Source: Candidatus Hodarchaeota archaeon | GTDB taxonomy: Archaea; Asgardarchaeota; Lokiarchaeia; Sigyniarchaeales; SOKP01 | Reading direction: 5' to 3' | Assembly: GCA_048886685.1 (NCBI GenBank) | Contig: JBHLKM010000006.1 | Coordinates: 32,001 to 96,000, forward strand | DNA length: 64,000 nt | Shown here: one piece after another, positions 18,252-28,801 of the stretch | Position numbering within the stretch: position 1 is the first letter of the stretch | Layout of the letters: each line of letters opens with the position of its first letter | Made by a program: the position numbers and the translations under genes | The notes under the pieces: generated by a model | The model's database searches: none | The model's input: the letters and a program-made list of their open reading frames with translations, nothing else | Told to the model about the DNA's origin: nothing

Positions 18252-20012
18252 ATGGATGAAAAAGAGATAAGAAAAACCCTTTGGATTATCGGATTAAAAA
18301 ATGCTATAGAATTTGGTGGAATTCCCAATAAGAAAGCAGTTATGGGAAAATTGATGGCTGAAAGACCAGATTTACGTTCTCAAGTTAAAGAAATTATACC
18401 CTTGTTAGATCAAATTCTGGAAAAAATTAAAAACCTACCTATTGAAGAACAAAAAAAGAAACTTATGGAACTTGATCCCAATGCATTAGAAAAAAAAGTA
18501 TCAAAAGCAGAAGAGAAAATTTTGCCCCCTTTACCTGAACTAGAAAAGTATGAAAAAATAGTAATGCGCTTAGCCCCTTACCCTAGTGGTGCATTACATA
18601 TAGGAAATGCAAGAATGATTGTCTTAAATGATGAATATGCAAAAAGATATAATGGAGAACTGATACTTTTTTATGATGATACAATTGGGAGTCCTAAATC
18701 TTTAAGGAATAGTCCTAAAGCTAAGTATGTTTTACCAGAAGCATATGATTTGATAAAAGAAGGATTAGATTGGCTTGGTGTCAAAATTTCTAAAATCCTC
18801 TATAAAAGTGATCGATTAGAAACCTCTTATGAATATTGTGAAAAATTAATTAATGATAATATGGCATATGTATGTTTTTGCACTGCTAATGAATTTCGGG
18901 AAAATTATAAAAAACCAGGTAAAAATTGCCCTCACAGACAACATACAATAGAGAAGAATCTTGGTGAATGGCAGGCTATGCTTAATGGGCAATATCATGA
19001 AGGAGAGGTCGTGGTAAGATTAAAAACTGGGATGGATCAAAAAGATCCTGCTTTGAGAGATCAAATTATTATGAGAATATCAGAAGCAGAACATCCTAAA
19101 GTTGGCACAAAATACATAGTATGGCCAATGCTCGAATTTTCATGGGCGATTGATGATCATTTAATAGGAGCTACCCACATACTTAGAGGGATAGATCTAG
19201 TAAAAGAAGGGATTATTGAAGAATTTATCTGGGATCATTTTGGTTGGAAAAAGGCTCAATTATTATATTATGGCAGATTGAATTTTGCTAATTTGAAGTT
19301 AAGTAAAACTGACGCTCGTAATAATATTCAAAAGGGAATATACCAAGGATGGGATGATCCAAGAACCTGGAGTTTACAATCTCTCAAAAAACGCGGGATA
19401 AAACCAGAGGCTTTAAGAGAAACGTTGTTAAATCTCGGTATGTCCCAAACAGGAATAAATTTTTCAGTTAACTGGTTATATTCAATAAATCAGGATCTCA
19501 TTGATGAAATCTCTGATAGATACTTTTTCGTAGAAGATCCAATATCCGTTGTAGTAAAAGACGTTCCTTCTGGGGAATATATTGCCAAACCTTTACTCCA
19601 CCCTTCAAATCCACAAAGAGGGATAAGAAAAATTAGATGCGATCTAAAAAATAAACAACTGAAATTGTTCATTTCCTCTTCAGATAGTGAAAAACTGAAC
19701 AAAGACCAAATTATACGGTTAAAAGATTTAATAAATATCCAAATTTTATCTATTGATTTGAACAAGAAACTTATTCAAACATCTTTTCATAGTAAGGAAC
19801 TAAATAGGCAATATTCAATAATTCAATGGTTACCTAAGGATGAGAATATTAAAGTTTCTATTGTTAGACCCGATGGTTCTATATCAAACGGTTTAGGAGA
19901 AATTAATCTGTTAAAAATCCCTATGAATAAAACTATACAATTTGAGCGTTTTGGTTTTGTGAATCCAATCGAATTAAAAGAGAATTGCCTTTTTTGTTAT
20001 TTTTCTCATTAA
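18252..20012 (+). CDS. gltX: Glutamate--tRNA ligase, archaeal type
   Basis: RLAPYPSGALHIGNAR (HIGH), THILRG, KLSK, GWDDPR, QFERFGF. Confidence 0.95.
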   Translation: MDEKEIRKTLWIIGLKNAIEFGGIPNKKAVMGKLMAERPDLRSQVKEIIPLLDQILEKIKNLPIEEQKKKLMELDPNALEKKVSKAEEKILPPLPELEKYEKIVMRLAPYPSGALHIGNARMIVLNDEYAKRYNGELILFYDDTIGSPKSLRNSPKAKYVLPEAYDLIKEGLDWLGVKISKILYKSDRLETSYEYCEKLINDNMAYVCFCTANEFRENYKKPGKNCPHRQHTIEKNLGEWQAMLNGQYHEGEVVVRLKTGMDQKDPALRDQIIMRISEAEHPKVGTKYIVWPMLEFSWAIDDHLIGATHILRGIDLVKEGIIEEFIWDHFGWKKAQLLYYGRLNFANLKLSKTDARNNIQKGIYQGWDDPRTWSLQSLKKRGIKPEALRETLLNLGMSQTGINFSVNWLYSINQDLIDEISDRYFFVEDPISVVVKDVPSGEYIAKPLLHPSNPQRGIRKIRCDLKNKQLKLFISSSDSEKLNKDQIIRLKDLINIQILSIDLNKKLIQTSFHSKELNRQYSIIQWLPKDENIKVSIVRPDGSISNGLGEINLLKIPMNKTIQFERFGFVNPIELKENCLFCYFSH

Positions 20013-20158
20013 ATCTTTCAATCTCTAGTTTCCAAATAATATATCAAAATATCATGATATTATGTATTGATGTGATAAAATTTTAATAATCTAGCATAAA
20101 TTTATAATGGTATAAGAATACTTTTCATTAGATCTTAAAATTTGAAAGGACACTTAAA

Positions 20159-22060
20159 TTGATAGCTCATTTACCATGTAAAAAATGTGGCAACAGTTTG
20201 CCAATTTTAAAAGGATCTATTGTTCAGTGTCCTTATTGTGGTGCAAAAAATTTATATATGGAATCTTTTTACACCTTAAAATATTACATGTCAGATATCC
20301 TGAAGATCTCCTCGTTATATAAATCAAAGAAGGTTAATCCTAAAGAGATTTTGAGAAGAAAAATATTAATTGAGTCTTATTTTAGTGAGATTAAGATAAG
20401 TTATGAGGAATATCGGCATTTAATAATAACTAAATTAGACTTAATTAATGTTGATCCTGTAAAATTATTTTATTTAATTCGCGCTTCTGGAAATTTTGAG
20501 ATAATAATAGATAGATTCTTACTTAATTACTTAAATGAGGATTCCTCTAAAAAGAGGTATCTTGAATTCAGAGATAAGGCTTATATAATTAATAAATCAC
20601 TATTAGGATTATACTATAGCTATCTAGCTAAAAATTCTACAGTATATTCTAAATGTTGTAGATTTTACAAACTTGCTGAAAACAATTATCAAAATGTTGT
20701 AGATTACTGCAACATTACTATGTTGGATAATGACGACCCTCACCTCTATAAAACACGTAAGTTCTATTCAATATTAGTAAAATTCACTATTATAATAAAA
20801 AACATTTTAGATAAAAATCCAAAACTCTATTCAAATAAACTCGAAGATTTACTAAAAGAATTAGAAAATATCCCTAAAATAAACATTCATATATACAATT
20901 TACACAAACAAATAGAAGATATCATTCAATTAGAGCGAGATACATGTATGGTCCTAGAAAATATTCGTGTAGATGATCCCTTTTTATCAAAACCACCTTT
21001 TAATGAAGAACAAATAGTAACAACTGATGAAAATCTTAATGAAGTAAATCGTGTAAGGAATTGGATTAATAATCTTTCTGAAAAATACCAAAAGTATCAA
21101 AATGGTCTTTTAAAATTACATTCTGGAAGAATTATTAAATATCTAAGCTCTTATCGTGAAGAATTTATCACATATAAAAATAAAAATGCTGAAATGTTCG
21201 ATCAAGTTTTAGGATCAATGGTTAATAAGGCTTTAGAATCTTATAATTACGAAACTCTTGAAGCGATAGACACTTTAAGTCATCTTATGCAAAAAAATAT
21301 ATATAATGGAAATCTCATTGATAAATTCAAAATAGAACACGATGATTTGATTGAAATGGATGAGGTACTAAAAAATTTCGTCAATAATCTATTTACAAAG
21401 CCACTCCTTAGAAATCTAGAGTCTGAATATTATAGAGAACTAATATCTATTATTTCCGGTAAACACACTGAATTTGATAAGCATATCTTAAAGTATATTA
21501 ATCGAATGCTTAAGGATTTCGAATACATAAGGAACAAAAAAGTCTTATCTCTAGAAGAGCAACGTAATCAGTTTATCTCAGAAATTAAGCCTAACCTACA
21601 AAAACTTATTGATTTAAGTTTCACACTAAATGAAGAAATCTTACCTTATCCACTTTTCATTGATATTAAAATCCCTGATCAAAAATTAAGAGTTAACAAT
21701 CCGGAGACTTTAACTCTAATTATTGAAAATCCTAATATAACTGATATTACTAATATTAAAATTTATTTTTTCATTTCAGATTCATTTCAGAATAAATTAG
21801 AATTTACAAAAATCAAAAGATTAAAAGCAAGTGAGAGAAGAAAAATTAAATTGAAAATCACCGCTAAAGAAAAGGGCACTTTTCCTTCAATGGTAATGAT
21901 CGATTACCAACATTTTAATAAAACCTTCTGGATGCCTTCTATAAAATTTAAATTAGAAGTCGAAGAAAGGAGGAGGTTTAGTTTTTATCCAATAACCTTA
22001 AAAGAATATTATCAAGCTCAAGCTAATAATATTTTAAGATTTGTAAGAAACTATGTATGA
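20159..22060 (+). CDS. Hypothetical protein: N-terminal zinc ribbon, long helical region, C-terminal Ig-like sandwich
   Basis: CKKCG...CPYCG at the N-terminus. C-terminal LIIENP..DITNIKIYF...LKASERRKIKLKITAKEKG..MIDY pattern. Confidence 0.6.
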   Translation: MIAHLPCKKCGNSLPILKGSIVQCPYCGAKNLYMESFYTLKYYMSDILKISSLYKSKKVNPKEILRRKILIESYFSEIKISYEEYRHLIITKLDLINVDPVKLFYLIRASGNFEIIIDRFLLNYLNEDSSKKRYLEFRDKAYIINKSLLGLYYSYLAKNSTVYSKCCRFYKLAENNYQNVVDYCNITMLDNDDPHLYKTRKFYSILVKFTIIIKNILDKNPKLYSNKLEDLLKELENIPKINIHIYNLHKQIEDIIQLERDTCMVLENIRVDDPFLSKPPFNEEQIVTTDENLNEVNRVRNWINNLSEKYQKYQNGLLKLHSGRIIKYLSSYREEFITYKNKNAEMFDQVLGSMVNKALESYNYETLEAIDTLSHLMQKNIYNGNLIDKFKIEHDDLIEMDEVLKNFVNNLFTKPLLRNLESEYYRELISIISGKHTEFDKHILKYINRMLKDFEYIRNKKVLSLEEQRNQFISEIKPNLQKLIDLSFTLNEEILPYPLFIDIKIPDQKLRVNNPETLTLIIENPNITDITNIKIYFFISDSFQNKLEFTKIKRLKASERRKIKLKITAKEKGTFPSMVMIDYQHFNKTFWMPSIKFKLEVEERRRFSFYPITLKEYYQAQANNILRFVRNYV

Positions 22061-22138
22061 TAAATTTTGGAATGAGCCTACTCAATTAACTTGAAATGTA
22101 AATCTTTTAGTATTTAGAAACCTTTTTTTATTTTAGGA

Positions 22139-23236
22139 ATGAATGATAAAGAACTTCACAATATTGATAAAGATCAGGAATCTGTTAAATTAGATTGGGA
22201 GTTTTGTCCCATATGTGGACACAGTCTCCCAAAAATTAAAAATTTTAAATTTTGTACGAAGTGTGGTACAAATATTAAGTATATTAAGGAACATAAAAAG
22301 CTACCAACTAGTCAAAGCCAAAATCCTTATAAATCCCAGGAGTTGTATCCACAATATCAACAACCTCATGTTTATTATGGTCCTCCGAAAATTACTGATG
22401 AAGAATTAATTAACAATAAAGAACATAAATTATGGGGAACATCTATTTCGATAGGATTACCCCTAGGTGCTTTTTTATTAATGAATTTTGTGCTTGGAGG
22501 ATTTTTGGCCTTTATAGCTTTTTTTAACTTTAATCTTGATAGAATTTATGAGTTATTCTCAAATTCATATTTTATTTCCATAATTTCGATATTTGAATTA
22601 ATTTTTATAATTATTCCAGTGATGTATTCACGTAAATATCTCGAGAATCCAACTGTTAAAAACAGTTTAATCCTTTTAGGATTTACTTCAAGAGGTTATG
22701 ATAGAAGCAGAGTCTTAAAAGAAATTTTAATTGGATTAAGTTTTGCTGTGATAGGAGTATTTCTAGTAGTAGCGGTTTCAATTTTTATTGAGGTAATTTT
22801 AGAGATGCTTTTTCAAGTTGAAATAATTCAAGATAACGGGGAATTAATAGGTACTATTTTACCGACGGATATACCAAGTTTAATTGTTTTTTCTATTGTC
22901 CTGATAACTATTATAGGAACCTCAGAAGAGATTTTATTCAGAGGATTTATGCAAAAAGGTTTAGTACGGAGTTTAGGTAATAAATGGGGGATTATCATTA
23001 CTGCTTTTATATTTGCAATGATTCATTTAATTGGAATCTTGTTTTATGCCTTAGAATCACCAATTCTCTTTATAATTTCTTTTCTTTTGTCTTTCCTCCC
23101 TTACTTCGCAATATCATTAATGCTCGGGGTTCTCTATCACTGGAGAAATGAAAATTTGATTGCGGTTGTTGTAACGCACGGGATTTACGATACAGTAACA
23201 ATAATTTTAGCTTATATGTTTTATATTGTATTTTAA
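22139..23236 (+). CDS. Zinc ribbon fused to a CPBP/Abi (type II CAAX-like) intramembrane metalloprotease
   Basis: CPICG..FCTKCG, EEILFRG, FAMIH, HGIYD. Confidence 0.88.
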   Translation: MNDKELHNIDKDQESVKLDWEFCPICGHSLPKIKNFKFCTKCGTNIKYIKEHKKLPTSQSQNPYKSQELYPQYQQPHVYYGPPKITDEELINNKEHKLWGTSISIGLPLGAFLLMNFVLGGFLAFIAFFNFNLDRIYELFSNSYFISIISIFELIFIIIPVMYSRKYLENPTVKNSLILLGFTSRGYDRSRVLKEILIGLSFAVIGVFLVVAVSIFIEVILEMLFQVEIIQDNGELIGTILPTDIPSLIVFSIVLITIIGTSEEILFRGFMQKGLVRSLGNKWGIIITAFIFAMIHLIGILFYALESPILFIISFLLSFLPYFAISLMLGVLYHWRNENLIAVVVTHGIYDTVTIILAYMFYIVF

Positions 23237-23270
23237 AGGAGAATATAAATTTTAAATTCAATTTAATCTT

Positions 23271-24125
23271 ATGACGATTTTGCAGAAATTTGAGTTAATG
23301 GCAAAAGGGAAAAGGGGGAAATTAGGAATCGGTATTGGAACATCTAAATTTCATAACCGGAAAATTTTATTAGCAATTCTTAATTTCTTGGAAAAATACT
23401 CATCAAAGATTTATATTTTTGGCAGTGAAGAATCTTTAAATCATATACGTGAACAAATTACTCCAAAATGTCTGTCTAGTATATTTTTAATCCATTCCGA
23501 AATACCGGAGAAGGAAATTTTTGAATTCCTTAAAAATGAAACAATTAATAGCGTGATTCGAGGTTCCTTAAGCTCAAGTAAATTTCTAGAAAATTTAAAG
23601 AAAATTTTAAAGGTAGATCTAATCAATAGGTTAGCTCTGCTTGAAACGATTGATGGTCATCAGTTTTTTTATGGACCTGTGGGAATAGATGAATGTAATA
23701 ATTATGAAGATAAAATTGAATTTTTAGAAAACGCAAAAGAAGAATTAGAATCACTAAATATCAAACCCATTGTTAGTGTCTTAAGTGGGGGTCGATATGG
23801 GGATATAGGAAGAAATAATAACATTGATTTATCAATCAGGATTGGAGAAAAAACTGTTGAGGTTATGAAAGAGCGATATCCCGATTTAGTTATAAATCAT
23901 GATGAAATTTTGATTGAAAACGCCGTAAAAAATAAATCGAACTTAATTATTGCCCCAGATGGAATTTCAGGGAATTTAATCTATAGAACATTAGTTCATT
24001 TAGGTGGAGGAAAAGCATATGGTGCTATATATATGAATATGGAAAAAACAATCATAGACACATCAAGAGTAGGTGCATTATCTGAAATTCAAGGCGCACT
24101 TCTTTTAGCTCTAGCATTATCTTAA
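23271..24125 (+). CDS. mtxX: Methanogenesis marker protein 4 / MtxX-like (phosphate acyltransferase-like fold)
   Basis: VIRGSLSS, GPVGIDE, LSGGRYGDIGR, APDGISGNLIYRTL, DTSR. Confidence 0.75.
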   Translation: MTILQKFELMAKGKRGKLGIGIGTSKFHNRKILLAILNFLEKYSSKIYIFGSEESLNHIREQITPKCLSSIFLIHSEIPEKEIFEFLKNETINSVIRGSLSSSKFLENLKKILKVDLINRLALLETIDGHQFFYGPVGIDECNNYEDKIEFLENAKEELESLNIKPIVSVLSGGRYGDIGRNNNIDLSIRIGEKTVEVMKERYPDLVINHDEILIENAVKNKSNLIIAPDGISGNLIYRTLVHLGGGKAYGAIYMNMEKTIIDTSRVGALSEIQGALLLALALS

Positions 24126-24165
24126 GTACAACTTTATCATTCAATATAAATTCTTATCTTATTAC

Positions 24166-24732
24166 TTATTTCTTCATCATTTCAAACAAATTGACAGAGG
24201 GATCAATTAACTCTCTACTCGTTTTACATTCTTTTATCATATTTTCAATCCATAATTGGACATCTTTTAAATTTCCTTTAGCAATCGCTTGTAAATTTTT
24301 TACGTTCCTATTTTGATATCTTTTACTTAAAAATTCAAAATATATAGGTGCGGGAGGTGTAAACGATGATTTTTGAGGGACCGGAGGAGCGATGCAAATA
24401 CCTTTTTTTACATCAAAATTCTCACATATAGCGCAAGTTTCAACCTTTTTCTCTTTAGCACATATGTTTATACTACATTGCTCATTCTTATCACATCCTG
24501 GACAAGGCGGGAAACTTCCGAGTTCTTTAAGCATGTTATTGAATATCGTAATATTCTCTTTGGTAAAGCTTGATTTAGGATTCATCATGGATATGATTCC
24601 ACTAAACATAGGATCTCTAAGCACTTTTAAAAAATATTTTGCATTATCTTGAAGTTTCGTCGTATTAGCATCACAAAGATCACAACTTAATCCACAAGTG
24701 GTTATTTTATATTTTTCAACCATTTCACTCAT
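24166..24732 (-). CDS. Cys-rich DUF3795-like protein
   Basis: CGLSCDLC, CPGC, CSINICAKEKKVETCAICENF. Confidence 0.7.
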   Translation of the reverse strand: MSEMVEKYKITTCGLSCDLCDANTTKLQDNAKYFLKVLRDPMFSGIISMMNPKSSFTKENITIFNNMLKELGSFPPCPGCDKNEQCSINICAKEKKVETCAICENFDVKKGICIAPPVPQKSSFTPPAPIYFEFLSKRYQNRNVKNLQAIAKGNLKDVQLWIENMIKECKTSRELIDPSVNLFEMMKK

Positions 24733-24896
24733 TCTAATTTGATTTTATTTGTTTATTATTATTTTATTTCTTAAATATTTCTTTTGGTATTAAAGGAGTA
24801 GGGGGTATAGATCTTGAGATTTCTATTCTAACATTCGCAAAGCTTTGTTTTAAAAAACTAAAAAAAAAAGAATTAATAAGAGTTAATAAATGAGGC

Positions 24897-25196
24897 TTAA
24901 CTTATGGCCCCTATAAAACCTGCAAGTAGTATGATTATTCCCCCAATTAAAATCCCTAAAATCATTAAAGCAATTCCTAAAATAAATAGAAATACGGGAG
25001 TATAATGAATTGGTTTTATTCCTAAAAATATAGCTAAAATTGCAAAAATTAATCCAAGAATTCCAGTTAGTATACCAAATCCATAATCCATTAAACCTTG
25101 TCCTGCTAAATCCAATATAGATTCTATGATAGCTACAAACCCTCCAACTATTGCGATAACTCGCATTGTTTTATCTGTTTCTTGTATCTCACTCAT
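24897..25196 (-). CDS. Small Gly/Ile-rich membrane protein
   Basis: 99 aa, almost entirely hydrophobic. Confidence 0.65.
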   Translation of the reverse strand: MSEIQETDKTMRVIAIVGGFVAIIESILDLAGQGLMDYGFGILTGILGLIFAILAIFLGIKPIHYTPVFLFILGIALMILGILIGGIIILLAGFIGAIS

Positions 25197-25357
25197 TCTA
25201 AATCACAAGTTAATTTTAATTAATTTTTAAATAAAAAGAAGATCAACAATCCTTAAAAACTTATAAGAATTAGGAGATGTTTATTTTAATCAAATTAAAT
25301 AATGATCATCAACACTTCTAGATCAATTATTTCAAAAATTCCCCATTACCTATAACC

Positions 25358-26884
25358 ATGCACTTGTCACAATTTCAAGCCCTTATCCAGACATTAAAAT
25401 CAGGGGATGTCTCTAAATTTATAAAGACAGTTGATCAATTAACAAAAGACGATCCAACTAACATACCAAATTCGAAAAATTACAATAATTTCAGAGTAGA
25501 TCTCGAAAAAGCTTATTATAGCGCAATATCAAGACATCTTAAATCGATGAAAAACAACTTTATTAAGGGGAAAGAGGATGTTGCTCAGCTTATTAATTAT
25601 TCTGATAAATTAGGAATTTTTCTTGATGCTTCTAATATTGATGTTCAGGGAATCATCAGTGAATTACATCTAGATGGTCTTAATAAAGGATTGAGGGGGA
25701 GAATTGTTGAACTTGTTAGATTTTTTAACAAATTCAACTTATTTGAGAGAAATTTTACAGCAGATGAGTTAAAAATAATACAAAATATAAAAGAAAATGA
25801 TAAACTGCTTGCTGTTAATTTAAAAGATTTATTTGGGACTGTATCGGATTCATTAATTTTTTACGTCTGTAAAGTAATGTCTTATGATTATGTGAAATGG
25901 ATAAAGGATATGTTGAAAAATCCTCGTGCTCACAGATTTATAATGGAACCAAATTCTTTAAGAAACTGGACGGATGGGTATGTAATTTATGATTTAGTTG
26001 TTCGGAATTTAGGAAATGTAGAAGATTTTATAGAAAAAGTTGAAATTAAACAAAAATTAGGTGGATCAAATGAGGACATGATATTTTTAGAATTTAATCC
26101 TCGTTATATATATAGTCCTAATGAAAACAATATTTTACGAATATATCATGAAAAACATCTTGTGTACCCACAAAATATCATAAAAAATAAAGAAAAGATC
26201 TTGGATAAAGATAATTATAATTTCTACAGTCTATCAATGGTAATTTTTGGGGGATTAGGCCCAGAAGGTTTTGGATTTACCTATTCTACTCCTAAAGGTG
26301 AAGTAATCGAAATATGTTCGGATCAAAAGGAAACTGAAGCAATCGTTATAAAATTCAAGCAGTACTTAATGAGAAAGTTTTTAGATAAACTTGAAAAAGA
26401 AATGACTAGTTTAGGTATAAATCGTGATATTAGAGATAAGATTGTCAAATACTTATCAAAGGTTATAAATCCTAAAGATTTTATTAGTTATTATAACAAG
26501 AACTCGCTTTTAAGAAAAATTAAAGCCTTTCTACTTCAAATAGATGAACTTCAGCTTGTAGACCATTCTAAGATAGAGATAATCATGGAAAAAGTTTCGT
26601 TAGCAATTTCAATAATTCTGAAAAGGATTAAACTTAAAGACCAATTCATTACACGTATGGAATTAGTGGCTAACGGAAAATTAAAATCTGAAGATGTAGC
26701 AAAACTCACGAGTCTAAGAGGAAAATCCCATTATGACGTCTTAAGGGAAAGGATATTTCTCCAAAACAAACCTAAATGGTTTTTCAAAAACTATCCAAAA
26801 GAAATAGCTGAACTTGAAAGACAATTCCGAGAACTTATGGATAAGTATTATACAAGAGAAAGGGGAATAAATTTTGATTACTGA
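25358..26884 (+). CDS. Hypothetical protein
   Basis: 508-aa ORF with a Gly-rich motif GGLGPEGFGFTYSTPKGEVIEICSD; family not recognised. Confidence 0.7.
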   Translation: MHLSQFQALIQTLKSGDVSKFIKTVDQLTKDDPTNIPNSKNYNNFRVDLEKAYYSAISRHLKSMKNNFIKGKEDVAQLINYSDKLGIFLDASNIDVQGIISELHLDGLNKGLRGRIVELVRFFNKFNLFERNFTADELKIIQNIKENDKLLAVNLKDLFGTVSDSLIFYVCKVMSYDYVKWIKDMLKNPRAHRFIMEPNSLRNWTDGYVIYDLVVRNLGNVEDFIEKVEIKQKLGGSNEDMIFLEFNPRYIYSPNENNILRIYHEKHLVYPQNIIKNKEKILDKDNYNFYSLSMVIFGGLGPEGFGFTYSTPKGEVIEICSDQKETEAIVIKFKQYLMRKFLDKLEKEMTSLGINRDIRDKIVKYLSKVINPKDFISYYNKNSLLRKIKAFLLQIDELQLVDHSKIEIIMEKVSLAISIILKRIKLKDQFITRMELVANGKLKSEDVAKLTSLRGKSHYDVLRERIFLQNKPKWFFKNYPKEIAELERQFRELMDKYYTRERGINFDY

Positions 26885-26906
26885 TAAATTGTCAAAAACA
26901 AAAGAG

Positions 26907-27010
26907 TGGGAGAGGGGGGATTTGAACCCCCGACCACTTGGCCCCCAGCCAAGTTTTAAGCTGTAGAACGTAAAATTTTACAGTATCATACCAATCTAGA
27001 CTACCCTCCC
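26907..27010 (-). tRNA. tRNA-Pro(GGG) with a 30-nt intron at non-canonical position 25/26 (intron 26955..26984)
   Basis: Reverse complement: GGGAGGG TA GTCTAGATTGGTATGAT [ACTGTAAAATTTTACGTTCTACAGCTTAAA] A CTTGG CTGGGGG CCAAG TGGTC GGGGG TTCAAAT CCCCC CTCTCCC A. Removing the bracketed 30 nt gives a 74-nt cloverleaf. Confidence 0.9.
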
Positions 27011-27107
27011 GTGGAAAGAGATAAAATTTTATAGATTTTGGTACCTAATTTCTGTACTATAAAAAATAGTAAATCCCTTTTATTTTTACCCTTGATTTTA
27101 AAAAAGA

Positions 27108-28658
27108 TTAAGAGTTAAAAATTTTACCCGTCTTTGCTTCCTCCTCTTCGCGTAGAGGTTGTTTCATTATTTTTCCTGTAGGCGTCGTTTGTAAGTTGGC
27201 TCTAAATTCCACATATTTAGGGATTTTAAAATCTGCTAAATTCATTTTGCAGTAATCAACTATTTCTTCAGCAGTAATCGATTCACCTTCTTTTAATACA
27301 ATAAAAGCTTTAGGAAGTTCTCCATATATCTCATCGCGTACACCAATAACAGTAGCTAAGGAGACTGCTGGGTGCGAATAGAGTACTTCTTCGATTTCCC
27401 TTGGATAAATATTTTCACCACCTCGAATTATCATATCTTTTTTGCGATCTGTTATAAAGAAAAAGCCATCCTCATCCATGTGACCAATATCTCCTGTATA
27501 TAGCCATCCATCTTTAAGTGTTTCAGCATTTGCCTCTGGATTTTTAAAATATTCTTTCATTACGTTATCTCCTTTAACAACAATCTCACCTTTGGTGTTT
27601 GGAGGGACATCTCTACCATTTTCATCGACAATTTTCATTTTGTTGCCAGGTAAGGGTATACCAATACTTCCCACCTTACGTCTATCTTCTGTTTCTGTGG
27701 GCAATGGATTTACCGAAGAGGCACAGGTTCCTTCTGTGAGACCATAACCTTCAACAATTTTACAGTTAAAAGTCTTTTCAAATTCCCTAAATACCTCTAC
27801 AGGTAAGGGAGCTGCTCCGCAAATTACAAATTTTAAGGAAGAAAGATCCAGATTTTCATGTGGCATTCGAAGCAAGATTGAAAGTACCGTTGGGACAGCA
27901 CTGAAGGTTGAGGCTTTATATTTTGCTACTGTTTCCCAATGAGTTTGAGCTGAAAATCCAGGTGTAAGAATACAACTAGCACCTATCGAAAGAGGTGCCA
28001 TAACAGTTACAATTTGTGCATTGACATGGAATAATGGTAAAATAAGCATAAATCGAAAATCTTCTCTTGCTTGTAAGAATTCTTGTATCATTTCTGCATT
28101 CCGACGTATATTAAAATGAGTCTGTAATACGCCCTTTGGGAAACCTGTTGTACCTGAAGTGTAAAGTATTGCGGCAACATCTGACTTTTCTTTAATTTCT
28201 ACCTTAGGGGGTTCTTCAGCTGAAGTCTTGTCCATTAATTCCCAGAAATTAAGTGTATTTTCTACCGGTTCTCCAACAACTATCACATATTTTAAATTGG
28301 GAAGATCGCCTTTTATTTCACTAACTATATCCATGAATTGTGGTACTGTGATTATAGCTTTGGCTTCTGAATGACCAACAACAAATTTAACTTCTCGAGT
28401 TTTAAACAGAGCATTTACAGGACCGGTAACCGCCCCTAATTTAGGAATCCCTAAATATAAATATACATATTCAGGCATATTAGGTAGATAAACACTGACC
28501 TTTTCTCCCTTTCTTATTCCCAATTCGTAAAGCATATTTGCTACTTTGTTAGTAAGTTCATTTAGTTCTTGATAAGAAACTGTAATATCCTTCCAATACA
28601 AAAATATTCTATCTTTATATTTTTCAGCTTGTTTTTCCACTAATTCTCTTAAATTCAT
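27108..28658 (-). CDS. Long-chain fatty-acid--CoA ligase (AMP-forming)
   Basis: YTSGTTGFPKG, EGYGLTE, TGDIG, DRKKDMI, PTGKI. Confidence 0.93.
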   Translation of the reverse strand: MNLRELVEKQAEKYKDRIFLYWKDITVSYQELNELTNKVANMLYELGIRKGEKVSVYLPNMPEYVYLYLGIPKLGAVTGPVNALFKTREVKFVVGHSEAKAIITVPQFMDIVSEIKGDLPNLKYVIVVGEPVENTLNFWELMDKTSAEEPPKVEIKEKSDVAAILYTSGTTGFPKGVLQTHFNIRRNAEMIQEFLQAREDFRFMLILPLFHVNAQIVTVMAPLSIGASCILTPGFSAQTHWETVAKYKASTFSAVPTVLSILLRMPHENLDLSSLKFVICGAAPLPVEVFREFEKTFNCKIVEGYGLTEGTCASSVNPLPTETEDRRKVGSIGIPLPGNKMKIVDENGRDVPPNTKGEIVVKGDNVMKEYFKNPEANAETLKDGWLYTGDIGHMDEDGFFFITDRKKDMIIRGGENIYPREIEEVLYSHPAVSLATVIGVRDEIYGELPKAFIVLKEGESITAEEIVDYCKMNLADFKIPKYVEFRANLQTTPTGKIMKQPLREEEEAKTGKIFNS

Positions 28659-28801
28659 TTAGATTTCCTCTTATATTATACAATAAAAATAGATATCCTC
28701 CTAATTAAAATTTATTTCAAAGGAATTCTATAATCTAAACCAATAATTTTTATATTGGTTAAAGAGTTTTTATTCTTATCTTTTTTTCAAAACTCAATTA
28801 A

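Noticed and set aside
17759-18328. ORFs 17759..18109 and 18137..18328
   Set aside because: They overlap tRNA-Arg, the HAD gene and gltX, and have no protein-like features.
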